64,000 nt of DNA from Octopus vulgaris (Eukaryota): the NCBI GenBank assembly GCA_951406725.2, contig OX597814.1, positions 114,018,001 through 114,082,000 of the forward strand. The letters are read 5' to 3'. The notes beneath the pieces were generated by a model. That model was given only the letters and a program-made list of their open reading frames with translations. It had not been told where the DNA came from and did not search any database. Within the stretch, counting starts at the first letter, position 1; every line of letters begins with the position of its first letter. Of the stretch, positions 1-12,433 are shown piece by piece. A program made the position numbers and the translations under genes.

Positions 1-83
1 GCAGAATGTTGAGCAGTTGGGGGCCCTACTCACACACACACACGCACACACACGTAGACGTATATGTGTGCATGTGTTACTCG

Positions 84-145
<62 letters not shown>

Positions 146-213
146 AATATATATATATGTGTATAACTATGTATATATGTATAAATACATGCGTGATGTG
201 TGTTTATATATAC

Positions 214-254
<41 letters not shown>

Positions 255-370
255 CATATATATATATATATGTACATATATATGTGTATATATATATGTG
301 TGTGTATACATGTGCATGTATATATGCACACATGTGTATAAATACATAGACACAGACACACACAGACAGG

Positions 371-411
<41 letters not shown>

Positions 412-1018
412 CGAGCTACAGAGATGGGTGAGACTAGTGAATGTGAGAGATACGTGTGTATGTGAAAGGCAATTTTTTTGTTTTGTTTTGTATTTACATG
501 CCATCACTTATTTCCAACTCTTCGTTTCGTACCAATATAACTTAATCTGTAAACACGTTTAATGAAAGCGAAGTACATACCAATTTGTTCATCTAACTCC
601 CCCGGGGGGACATCGGCATTAGTACTTGCTTAGCCAGGATTCTTCTTGAAAATGTAATGAATTGGTGAAAGAAAGAAACCGTCGAACTATAAAGAAATAA
701 TAAAAATAAATGGGGAACACAAAGCTGATTACGGAAGACTAAGAAGATTTCCTTCAAGGAATTTTCATTTTAGTCCTGCATTTTCTGTGTAGACAGAATT
801 GTTTCCTGTAGCTCCCCGTGTTGTTGATGTTGTAGTTGTTGATGTTGCTGTTACTGCCGCAAGTATTATAATAGGTCATTGGGAAAGATATTAACTCAAC
901 AAAGAAGTCACCATTATTAGTATTTTTATTATTTTTCCTTCTTTCTTCAAATTTTCTTCCGTTTCTCGCCGAGTGTTTTCCGTACACCGAGGGCAGAGAA
1001 GCTCATTATATGCATTCC

Positions 1019-1084
<66 letters not shown>

Positions 1085-1114
1085 CATTATTATTATTATT
1101 ACTATTACTATTAC

Positions 1115-1169
<55 letters not shown>

Positions 1170-1186
1170 GTCGTTGTTGTTGTTAA

Positions 1187-1590
1187 GGTGGCGAGCTGGC
1201 AAAATCGTTAGCACTCCGGGCGAAATGCTTAGCGTTGTGTGGTCTGTCTTCACTTTCTGAGTTCAAGTTCCGCAGAGCTCGACTTTGCCTTTCATCCTTT
1301 CGGGGTCGATAAAGTAAGTAACAGTTGCGTACTGAGGTCGATCTAATCGACTTGCCCCCTCCCCTAAAATTTCGGGCCTTGTGCCAAGAGTAAAAAAGAA
1401 ACGTTAGCACGCCGGACGAAATGCTTAGCGGTAGTTCGTCTGTCTTTACGTTCTGAGTTCAAATTCCGCCGAGGTCGAATTTGCCTGTCATCCTTTCGGG
1501 GTCGATAAATTAAGTACCAGTTCAGTAATGGGGCCGATGTAATCGACCTGCCCCTTCCCCCTAAATTTCAGGTCTTCTGCCTATAGTAGA
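1187..1590 (+). mobile_element. tRNA-derived SINE family A, two tandem units
   Basis: Head GGCGAGCTGGCA..ATCGTTAGCAC (A-box-like), GAGTTCAAATTCC (B box), then GTCGACTTTGCCTTTCATCCTTTCGGGGTCGATAAA..AAGTACCAG, which resembles the Meta/Sauria-type SINE central domain. More than 10 copies in the window. Confidence 0.85.
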
Positions 1591-1896
1591 AGAGATTCTA
1601 CTGGGGCATCGTCTTGAAGTGTTTAGTCGAACAAAAATTTATTAAACGAGGTATCTATTCTGTTTTGCGGAAACCCTAGGTTACGGGGACGTAAACAAAC
1701 CAACACTAGTTGGCGGTGGTGAGGACAAGCACAAACTCACACACGCCTGTCACTTTCTCAATATATATGTGTGTATAAATATGTGTGTATAAATATATGT
1801 GTACATGTACCTCCCTGCTTCCATTTCCTGAGCGCCTATTAATAATAATACTGTAATTGTTCCATTGTTGTTGTTTTTTTGTTTCCCGTTTGGATT

Positions 1897-1968
<72 letters not shown>

Positions 1969-2011
1969 TATATATATATATATATATGCATATACATATA
2001 TATATATATGC

Positions 2012-2054
<43 letters not shown>

Positions 2055-2055
2055 C

Positions 2056-2172
<117 letters not shown>

Positions 2173-2206
2173 CTGTAGGTAGTAGGTAGCAATTTTCTTC
2201 ACTACT

Positions 2207-2545
2207 TCAGGGAGTGACAACCCTGCCTGACACGAGTCCCCAGCTCAGATGGCTCTGGCTGAAAGTACCCGGTATGGGCCCCTTTCCAGGGTTACGGAAA
2301 TCCTGAGTGGAGCCCCGTAGGCGGTTTAGTGTTCGACTCGACACTCTTCCGGCAGGTCCTGCAACCAAGCTGGTGCCAAACGTAATGTTCTGCACTCCTT
2401 TGGACTACGTCAGCAAGGTCGAGAGAGGAATCCAGACGATTGGGCTACTCAGGATTTTCTTACATCTAGCCCAGGTCTGCGCAAAACTAGAGCGGATACG
2501 CAACTCCATTGTCTCCAGAGTCAAAAGGATGCCAACAACAATATA
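2207..2545 (+). mobile_element. GC-rich non-coding repeat, possibly an RTE-LINE-derived non-autonomous element
   Basis: GC-rich block in AT-rich context ending in a GATGCCAACAACAAT short-repeat tail. No coding signal. Family assignment is inference only. Confidence 0.3.
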
Positions 2546-2657
2546 AATACACGATGGACTTCCACACAGTTTCCATCGAACAAATCCACTCAGAAAAGCA
2601 TTAGCTGGTCTAGGTATATAGTAGAAGACTCTTGCCGAAGGTATCACGGAAGGATAA

Positions 2658-3075
2658 GGCGGCGAGCTGGCAGAATCGCTAGCACACCAGACGAAATGCT
2701 TAGCGGTATTTCGTCTGCTGCTACGTTCTGAGTTCAAATTCCGCCGAGGTCGACTTTGCCTTTCATCCTTTCGGGCTCGATTAAATAAGTACCAATTACG
2801 CACTGGGGTCGATATAATCGACTTAATTCGTTTGTCTGTCCTTGTTTGTTCTCTCTGTGTTTAGCCCCTTGTGGATAGTAAAGAAATAGGTATTTCGTCT
2901 GCCACTACGTTCTGAGTTCAAATTCCGCCGAGGTCGACTTCGCCTTTCATCCTTTCGGGGTCGATAAATTAAGTACCAGTTACGCACTGGGGTCGATATA
3001 ATCGACTTAATCCGTTTGTCTGTCCTTGTTTGTCCCTTCTGTGTGTAGCCACTTGTGGGTAGTAAAGAAATAGGT
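2658..3075 (+). mobile_element. SINE family A with internal tandem duplication
   Basis: tRNA head followed by two copies of the GTATTTCGTCTG...AAAGAAATAG unit. Confidence 0.85.
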
Positions 3076-3759
3076 ATTACTGAAGGAGTCTGAACCTGAA
3101 ACCACGTAAATACAAAGTAAGATTCTTCACCATACAGCTATATCTGCACCTATTCTTAACAGCACAAAACTAACCAAAGGATATCTGCAAACTTCGTCTG
3201 TTTAAACTATTTTCTCCATCTGCGCAACAATTCCACCACAAGCCAGAACCAAATTGTCATTAAATCTGGAATCAATCATTCAGATAAATATTTTATATAT
3301 ATTATTGCCCTTTTTCTTTTAAGTTACTTGTCTATTTCAATTCCATTTTACCAATAACTGTTGTCATAGCAACCTCAATAGCTTCCCAAATCCCATCACC
3401 ACCACCACCACAACCACCACCACCACCTGTTCTCTCCTTTCTTCATTTCTCCCTAATACTTTTATCCTATTTCTTCCTGACAAACTGCCAATGCCTTGGC
3501 GTTGAAGACCTCTATCACCTCTAGTTTCAAAGAAGCTTTATTCTAAGATCTGTTATCAAAACAGAAGCATAAATGTCTATTAAAGCGAGTGCATACTTAG
3601 AATTATCCATACGTATGCACCCAACAGCGTTTGTCACGTGGTGGTGGTTGGAAACACGTACACACATACACACACACACACACACACACGCACACATACA
3701 CACATATATATGTATGTGTGTATAACTATATATGTGTGAGTGTGTGTATGTATATATCT

Positions 3760-3990
3760 ATGTGTGTGTGTGTATCTTTGTTTCTGTGTTTGTCCACTCA
3801 TCACCGCTTGACAATGAGTGTTGGTTTGTTTACGTTCCTGTAATTAGCAGTGCTGCAAAAAGTTACCAATAAAATAAGTACTAGGCGTTAAAAAAATGAC
3901 CTGGGCTCTATTTACTCGGCTAAAACCTTCAAGGTGGTGCTCCAGCATGACCGCAGTCAAATGACTGAAACGAGTAAAAGAATAAAAGAT
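3760..3990 (+). mobile_element. SINE family B, 3' half
   Basis: CGCTTGACAA...GGTGCTCCAGCATGACCGCAGTCAAATGACTGAAAC...AAAAGAATAAAAGA tail shared with the full copy at 62810-63261. Confidence 0.75.
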
Positions 3991-4397
3991 TATAAACGTG
4001 CACACATTTGTCTGTTCTAATATTCTATTATTCTGTTATTATTCTATAATCGGTTTCAGCCAGAGGCTTTGCCATGCTGGAGCACCACTATTAACGCTAA
4101 TGTTTGTACATTATAGACTCACTTCCCGGTTCTGTCTCTGGTATCACTCTTGAGGAAGTTGTGAGTTGGAAGGAGATGCTCTTAGCGTTTCTTGCCGTGA
4201 TGTGACTTCATCCGGTATAACAGATAATTATTCGTCTGATTGTTTTTAACACGTCCACATCTACATTTCGTAAATCTCTGAGGTCTTTCTGGAGAAGTAT
4301 TAAAACGTTGTGTGCTTGTGGAGCCTAAGATGTTACAGTATTGCCTTCATGCTATAGGCAGAGAAGACGGGATCTTTGGTACTATGCAGTGATAAAA

Positions 4398-4660
4398 GGC
4401 GGCGAGCTGGCAGAAACGTTAGCACGCCGGGCGAAATGCGTAGCCGTATTTCGTCTGCCGTTACGTTCTGAGTTCAAATTCCGCCGAGGTCGACTTTGCC
4501 TTTCATCCTTTCGGAGTCGATAAATTAAGTACCAGTTAAGCACTGGGGTCGATATAATCGACTTAATCCGTTTCTCTGTCCTTGTTTGTCCTCTCTGTGT
4601 TTAGCCCCTTGTGGGTAATAAAGAAATAGGTATTTCGTCTGCCGCTACGTTCTGAGTTCA
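4398..4660 (+). mobile_element. SINE family A
   Basis: Same head, B box and central domain as the copy at 2658. Confidence 0.85.
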
Positions 4661-5110
4661 AAGTGATACTAGATACGTTTATCATCACCCTCCTCATCGG
4701 TTTTAACATCCACTTCCGCAAACTTGCATGGGTCAGACGAAATACAAACATAGCTTGCTCGCTAGCAAGCTATATTGATTGATATACATGCTAAAAGAGG
4801 TACCTGGCGTTGCTCTGAATGCCGAATAGAGAATACATAGAATTATTTGATTGACTTAGAGCAAATTTTTATGTACTATTTTGTATGTACTTACAGTTGC
4901 ACATGTCTTATTATTGTAGTTCAGGTACATCTACAAAGCTGACATTGTCTGTTTCCATGATGTGTGAAGTTACTGAGACTGTGATTATTCTTAATTAACA
5001 TTTTTGTGATTTAAAATACTACCTTTATGGCTTACTCTTCATATTTCCCAGTAATTTTAAATTAATATGCAACACACAAAATAGATGATTTTCAGCGCCA
5101 CCTCGTGTTT

Positions 5111-5329
5111 TACGAGGTGGTGCTGAAAAGTTCCTGGCTTTGGGTAAAAGAAAACACCGGAGGATCAGTTAATTATGAGTTTATATAACATATTCTTCCC
5201 ATCTCAAATTTACACACTTATCGCAGCGGTCCTTCAGTTTTTCTAAATCCTTTCAAAGAAATCGGAAGGCCTCCAACCAGGCCTTTTGTGATACCCTTAA
5301 AGCCAGGAACTTTTCAGCGCCCTCTTGTA
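5111..5329. mobile_element. Tc1/mariner-type MITE
   Basis: TA-CGAGGTGGTGCTGAAAAGTTCCTGGCTTT ... AAAGCCAGGAACTTTTCAGCGCCCTCTTG-TA: ~30-bp TIRs with TA flanks. The left end recurs at 63935. Confidence 0.85.
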
Positions 5330-5567
5330 TACAACAAGAGCTCTGAAGAAGTAAATATCTCTAGTTCTATGTATTTGTGTTTTGATGGTAGAATATCTCG
5401 TAGTCAGCGTGTAGATGACCGCCAGATGTACTTGAACTTGGATGTTCAACTACATCGTCCATGAAGTTGCTGTGTTACGAGGTTTGATCAAAAAGTATAT
5501 GGGTTGTTTTTATAGCACCAGTTCCGATATTTTTTTAAATTATTACAACTCATAGATAGCAAGTTAA

Positions 5568-5815
5568 AGCGGCGAGCTGGCAGAAACTTTAGCACACCGG
5601 GCGAAATGCTTAGCGGTATTTCGTCTGTTGCTGCGTTCTGAATTCAAATTCCGCCGAGGTCGACTTCACCTTTCATTCTTTCGGGGTCGATAAATTAAGT
5701 ACCAGTTGTGTACTGGGGTCGATCTAATCGACTGGCCCCTTCCCAGAAAATTTCAGGCCTTGTGTCTAGAGTAGAAAAGAATAGTTAGCACGTCGGACAA
5801 AACACTTACCGGTAT
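5568..5815 (+). mobile_element. SINE family A
   Basis: tRNA head, central domain and CCTTGTGTCTAGAGTAGAAAAGAA tail. Confidence 0.85.
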
Positions 5816-6803
5816 TTTTTCCGTTTTAACGTCCACTTCTGCACACCTGCATGGGTCAGACGAAATACACATTCACATCGCACGCTCATTAGCTAGCTAC
5901 CTAGATAGATTGATCTACATGCTAACAGAGGTACCCGGCGTTGCACTGAATGCCGAACAGAGATCAAGTTTGCCTTTCATCCTTGTCGATTCGATAAAAT
6001 AAAGTACCAGTCAAGTACGGCGGGGCGGGGGAGGATTGCGATGTAACCAAAATAACCCCTCCCCTCAAAACTACTGACCTTGAACCCCACAACAGACGGC
6101 TATCCTGATCAGGAGCAATGTTGTGATCTTGGTCACTTACACGCCATGGGAACCAGAAAACCGACCTCACGAGCCATCAGGATCCAGAAAAATAACAATG
6201 GAAAAGAAGATAGCAAGTTTAGTGAATTTGTTGTCGTGAATCAATACATTTTTTTTTTTTGGTTGTCTTTTGTCTATTCCTGTCTCTCTTTTTGCTAACA
6301 AATTAGCCGTATTTATTTTATTCACGACTGACTTGAATCTCTAGATTCTGAAAACCACAAATAGTTATCGGTTTTTGATGTTAATGAAGTCACACCTTTC
6401 ATTCATCAGATTTAATTTATTTCACCTCCAGCCTTCTAGCGTTTAATCAATAAATTAATTAAGAACAACTGTTCAATTTATTGTTTGCAATTGTCAATCT
6501 AAGCCTTAATCATGCAGCATTTGCATGCGAATTTTAAAAAGAAGAAAACGTTTTATTCGTTTCTTTAGTTGTTTTATATGGCAGTTGGTGAACAATAGCG
6601 TCGGCGTTGTTTACAGGACCAGTTATTGCTTCAACAGATCAGGTTGGTTTAGTGAGTTGCTCACGACAAGAATAATAAGGGAGTAATTTTAACAGAAAAA
6701 CAATATTTATAACTTCCATGGATAATCGACGACAAAAGATATGGAAGAGATCAGAATTAATCTGATGCCTTACCCTATACCTTTGTAGAGTACAGATTTA
6801 TAA

Positions 6804-6903
6804 TTCTTAAACAAGAATATTATAGACAGTAACTTCTAAGTTTCGGCTGGCTAACCCATCGTCAGAAACGTCGAAGTCACTGTCAATAATATTTCTGCTT
6901 AAG

Positions 6904-6905
<2 letters not shown>
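6804..6905. repeat. Hairpin element (~40-bp arms) with a hammerhead-like core in the loop on the minus strand
   Basis: Arms 6804-6844 and 6865-6905 are reverse complements with few mismatches. Minus strand reads TTT-CTGACGA-TG-GGTT-AGCC-AGCC-GAAAC. Confidence 0.7.
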
Positions 6906-6964
<59 letters not shown>

Positions 6965-7029
6965 GTACGTATGTATATATATATATATATATATATATAA
7001 TATGTACGTATATATATATATATTATTAT

Positions 7030-7096
<67 letters not shown>

Positions 7097-7243
7097 TATG
7101 TACGTATATATATATATATATATATCTTTCTACTTTTCTTAACATGAAACCAATTGTAGCCTTAATTCGCAAACAAGGACATTTTATTCAGCATGCGGTG
7201 TTGAGCACTAATTTTTATCGTTTGACATATATATATATATATA

Positions 7244-7374
7244 ATTCATATAAAATACAGTGTACATTTAAACGCATAAGCGGTGTCCATCATAGGATTA
7301 CCTTACGCTAGAAGGAACAGCTAAAGTCTGGACACCTCTTAAGTGTTTAAATGTACACTGTATTTTATATGAAT
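7244..7374. mobile_element. Small hairpin/MITE in a (TA)n array
   Basis: ATTCATATAAAATACAGTGTACATTTAAAC..GGTGTCCA and TGGACACC..GTTTAAATGTACACTGTATTTTATATGAAT are ~46-bp inverted arms. Confidence 0.75.
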
Positions 7375-7451
7375 AATATATAGTCTATTGACTAATTTTT
7401 CTATACGCTAGGTCACTGGTAGTAAAAATTTCTAGAATCCTTATTATCCTG

Positions 7452-7520
<69 letters not shown>

Positions 7521-7523
<3 letters not shown>

Positions 7524-8224
7524 CAAGAAGTAAATATATGGCACAACGAAGTACCGATATTTACTGGAAATAGCGAACGTAATAATACGACGCTAATGTA
7601 TAGCTTCACCGCGTATGTACTAGCAAAAATGCGTGTGTGCAACAAGCTAGAAAAAATTGTCTTACCTCCAGGGAGAACATCTGAAAGATGAAATACCTGG
7701 AAAAGGATAATGTGGGACCAGCGCAGGTTTCAGATTTTTCAAGATATGTCTGCCACCCATAAACTTGATCTATCTTCATCAGCCAAACATATACCACGAC
7801 AACCTTTCAGATGTTACCACATTAATGCCATTACACTCGACTGAAACGCCGAAACGCTAACAGCACGAGAATGGTGAAGAAGTTTCAATAAATTAGTAAT
7901 GCAATACTAGAGTATTGCTTTCCAGTAAAGAATAGCCCGTGAGGGGAAAATATACAAGAAGTAAATATATGGCACAACGAAGTACCGATATTTACTGGAA
8001 ATAGCGAACGTAATAATACGACGCTAATGTATAGCTTCACTGCGTATGTACTAGCAAAAATGCGTGTGTGCAACAAACTAGAAAAAATTGTCTTACCTCC
8101 AGGGAGAACATCTGAAAGATGAAATACCTGGAAAAGGATAATGTGGGACCTGCGCAGGTTTCAGATTTTTCAAGATATGTCTGCCACCCATAAACTTGAT
8201 CTATCTTCATCAGCCAAACATATA
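7521..8224. repeat. Direct repeat, 2 x ~273 bp at 431-bp spacing
   Basis: 7521-7793 and 7952-8224 are nearly identical. The ORF track shows duplicated peptides. Confidence 0.9.
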
Positions 8225-8705
8225 TAACTTCGATAGGTTTCTGCCAGTATAGGTCCAAGCGACGTCTAACTTAATAGCACCACCTGGTGAAGTCTTTTAG
8301 TCATATATGGGGCACCGTGACCCACTCTAGCAAAACGTTATTATTGTTTGAGACATATCCGGGTGTAGGAGGTTGGTTCGGGTGTTTTGAAGAAATTTGT
8401 CCAGTGAATTTTTGAATTTTTTGAGATCCTTTTCCGTTTCGACGTATTTTGGTATGGTATTAAAGAGAGCTGGACGTAATGTTGCGATGAGTACCGAGTT
8501 CGATTTTTGTAGTGGGCGGATAGCACGGGGGCCAACTCTTGGATGGATTTTGAAATTGATGCCAACATCATTTGTGCAATATTGATGGAATATTTTCTAC
8601 ATCACGCAAATGATGTAGCCTTCCCGGTGGAATTGGAGAGAGTAAAGATTGAGTTTTTTTAGTCGACCCCAATAGTCAATGCCTGTCATGCCGTCTATCT
8701 TTCTT
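8225..8705 (-). mobile_element. CR1/L2-group LINE 3'-end remnant
   Basis: Minus strand gives DYWGRLKKLNLYSL..REGYII..PALFNTIP..FKNSLDKFL, a typical CR1-group ORF2 C-terminus, with stops and frameshifts. Confidence 0.7.
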
Positions 8706-9005
8706 GTTTTTGACTGTTGACCTCTGGAGTGCTTCCACTTTATATATACGTACACACACACATACATACATATATATATATATATACATACATACAGTCA
8801 CAGACACACCACACACACACACACACACACATACATAAATATATATATATGTTTTATCATTTACTGGTTTCAGCCCAGGGCCGAGGTCATGCAGGTGCAC
8901 CATGCTTATATATATGTATATACGTGTGTAATTTCAAAGACCGATAAGTCCATTCGACTAATCCCAGCTGCACGAAGCCTCACGTGCATGTTAGAATTTG
9001 TGCGC

Positions 9006-9058
<53 letters not shown>

Positions 9059-9673
9059 TGTGTGTGTGTGTGTGTTTTCAATAACGCAATTATGAATAAA
9101 ACCCTGATATAATGAAATACATTATAAAACTGACTATCGGTGCGAAAGAACAAAGGCGCCGAAACATATACAAACCATTACGCAAGAGCGAGCACACGCA
9201 CACACACACACACACACATACGAACACTCACATACTCTTACATATATACATACACACATATACATATTCATACCTCCTTCACTCCTTACATATATGCGCG
9301 TCTACTTACCTACCTACATACATATGTATATATATACACACACACACACACAATCATGCATACACACGCAGAGTACATGAACATTCATACAAATTTGCAC
9401 ATGCACTGACTCCAAATACTGCGCCCATAAATACATACATACATACATATATACATACATACACACATACATACATGGTTACATACAAACATGCATACAT
9501 ACATATATACATATATACATATATACATGCATATATACATACTTACATAAATAAATACATACATACATATATACATACATACATGCATACATACATACAC
9601 ACATACATACATACTGTCATACATATATATATACATACACACATACATATATGCATACATACATACAAAAATA

Positions 9674-9777
9674 CCCTGCTGATGTTATTGAAATTGTATT
9701 GAAGGTGTCTTGGATTTAGGTTAGAAACAGGTTGTTTCTCTATTGGCAAGAAATCTTGAAATGAAACTGAATAATGA
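9674..9777 (+). repeat. (CATA)n-embedded ~105-bp repeat unit
   Basis: CCCTGCTGA...TTTCTCTATTGGCAAGAAATCTTGAAATGAAACTGAATAATGA flanked by (CATA)n. Recurs at 30516, 30719 and 30878. Confidence 0.75.
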
Positions 9778-9820
9778 CATACATACGCACACATCAATCC
9801 GTACGTACATATATATATAT

Positions 9821-10123
9821 CACGTGACGTGACTGACCAGTCCATCAGATGTAGTTACACATCGCTGGTCACAATGCGTTCGCATTGTTTTAGCCTTCAA
9901 ATGACGCCACCCCGCTGGCTAAGCGAGCAGGCAAACAGAAGAAAGAGTGGGTGAAAGAGTGGTGAAATAGTACAGCAGGGATCACCACCATCCCCTGCCG
10001 GAGCCTCGTAGAGCTTTTAGGTGTTTTCGCTCAATAAACACTAACAATGCCCGGTCTAGGAATCGAAACCGCGATCCTACGATCGCGAGTCCGCTGCCCT
10101 AACCACTGGGCCATTGCGCCTCC
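9821..10123 (-). mobile_element. tRNA-derived SINE family C (tRNA-Arg-like head)
   Basis: Minus strand GGAGGCGCAATGGCCCAGTGGTTAGGGCAGCGGACTCGCG..GGTTTCGATTCC carries A and B boxes. Second copy at 45253. Confidence 0.85.
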
Positions 10124-10136
10124 ACACACACACACG

Positions 10137-10179
<43 letters not shown>

Positions 10180-11402
10180 TTACGTACATACATTTGTATG
10201 TGCATACTTACGTACATACATAAGTACGTACGTGCATAGATACATGCATACATACACACACCCATCCATTCATTCATCCATTCATCCATCCATCCATCCA
10301 TACATACATACATACATACATACATACATACATACATACATACATACATACATCCGTCCATTCATCTGTACATACATACATACATATACGCAAGCACAAA
10401 CTCACACACACTCACACAAACTCACACAGACACACACTCACCCCTTTCTCCTATCCCTTTTCCCATACTCCCTTTTCCCGTCTTTCTCCTCTGCTGCTCC
10501 ACACAGCGTCCTTCCGCGATACACAATGTCACAGAGTTAAAACACTAAAGCTGTCCATGTAGACTGCTTGTCTAATTCCCTTAAGCTGACAAGCAAAACC
10601 AGTATGATATTATTGGTGTTTCGACAGAAGATTGTTAGCAGTCAATCTCGTAATAACCACTACACTTGATGGAATCAATTGTCGAGAAAGATCAATTTGT
10701 TCTTGTTTTGTTTCCTTGTTTTTCTTTTGTAATATTCTTAGCTGCTTCATCGACGTTATCAATTTCATTGTGAATAACGAAGATGTTGGTTCCAACAAGC
10801 AATTTTCTGTTTTTTCTTTTTTTTTTTTTTTTTAATCCAACTTCGGTTTAAATTATAAGAATTAAAACAAGATTATTAGCCCTGAATCCATCTTTTAGTA
10901 TCACAATTACTTTGTGTTTGCGTTCAAATAATTTCCAGTCTGCAGTGTCTTTTACACACATGCACACACGTCGACACACACACACACACACACAAACACA
11001 CACATACATTATATGTGATATGCGTGTATACGAGTGAATCTATGTGTGAATGTGTGTGTGTATGTGTGCTTGTCTGCACCACGCTCAGTTACATGTTTTG
11101 AGAATCTATTCTTACAATAAGGATTTTACGTAAATTTTGTCGCGAGTAAATGTGCCTGTATGTACGTATGTACAGCACCTACACCATCATACACACACCT
11201 ACACACACACGCACACATCAAGGTCACCGGCCCTTCCACACGCACATACACGCGTACCTTCAGTTTGGGATCACCACTACTTTATTATCTTCCCTTCTTC
11301 CTAGCTCTCCTGTGTGACCCCTCTGTCCGGCCCTCGCCATGATGAATTGCTAGCCACTAAACCTTTTTCTATTTTCGCTCCCTGTTTTCTTTTTCTGTGT
11401 TC

Positions 11403-11438
11403 CTTTCTGTCGAAGAACGTAGGCTCGAAACGTAAAAG
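11403..11438 (+). ncRNA. Minimal type I hammerhead ribozyme-like motif (variant core CUGUCGA)
   Basis: CTTT-CTGTCGA-A-GAAC-gtag-GCTC-GAAA-CG-TA-AAAG, with stem I CTTT/AAAG. Confidence 0.65.
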
Positions 11439-11517
11439 ACTTTCTCACTTCCCGAACATTAAACTAATACATCTGTTTATTGTTTGCACACCCGTCTTCG
11501 TCTTTTGCTATTTTGCA

Positions 11518-11788
11518 ACCAATGTCATCTACTGCATCTCTTGCTCTCTCTGCCCTTCTCTATACATCGGGCGAACGGGATGCCGCTTGGCTGACCGGCT
11601 CGCGGAACACCTCTGAGACATCCTACTCGGCAATGACACCCCAGTCTTGCACCATTTCCGCTCTACCGGTCACTCTTTGCAACATGTCTGTGTTCGAATT
11701 ATCCTTGCACAGGGGCCATCCGATTCCCGTTTTCGCCGTGAACAGATTAATCTTCTCTCTTCGCTCCTTTCTGCCATATGGGCTCAAA
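11518..11788 (+). pseudogene. PLE GIY-YIG endonuclease fragment
   Basis: NVIYCISCSLCPSLYIGRTGCRLADRLAEHL*DI...HHF...H...R.REQ..I..L...P.GL matches the Penelope VIY-CxxC-YIG / R..EH / CCHH signature. One stop and one frameshift. Confidence 0.9.
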
Positions 11789-12397
11789 TCTCCTTCCCTC
11801 TCCTCTCTCCCTCTCACACCTACTTCCAAACACCCACCTCTCCTCACTTGCTCCAACTCCTACTTCTCTTCACTCCTACTCTCCTTCTCTCCTCTTCACT
11901 CCTACCCACCTTTTCCCTTACCCTCTCCTTTCATCTTCACCCCTCACTCGTAACCTCACCCCTAACAATCCAACCCCACCTTCCTTATCCATCCCATCCC
12001 CCACCCACTCCCACATACCCCACCTCTATCCCCACCCTTGCTTTCCCCACTCACGCCTCCCCACATCCCAACACCACTACACCATACACCACCATACCAC
12101 ACAACACCACATCACATCACACCATCACGCACATACTAACACTGATCAATTCACAGCCCCACACCATCATCTACACATACACACACGTACACATCAAGGT
12201 CACCAGCCCTCTTCCAAACGCACATATATGTTTCTCAAATACATCCACAAGCGCACCTTCGTTTTGGGATCACCACTACTTTATTATCTCACCTACTTCC
12301 TAGCTCTCCTGTGTGACCCCTCTGTCCGGCATTCGCCATGATAGATCGCTAGCCACTACTTATTCTTTATTTTCTATCCTTGTTTCTTTCTGTGTTC

Positions 12398-12433
12398 CTT
12401 CCTGTGGAAGAGCTTAGATTCGAAACGTTAAAG
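12398..12433 (+). ncRNA. Minimal hammerhead-like motif (core CUGUGGA), degenerate
   Basis: CTTC-CTGTGGA-A-GAGC-ttag-ATTC-GAAA-CG-TT-AAAG. Confidence 0.55.

Noticed and set aside
2207-2545. HDV-like ribozyme in the GC-rich RTE-like block
   Set aside because: I could not assemble the P1/P1.1/P2/P3 nested pseudoknot by eye. It would need an RNAMotif or Infernal search.
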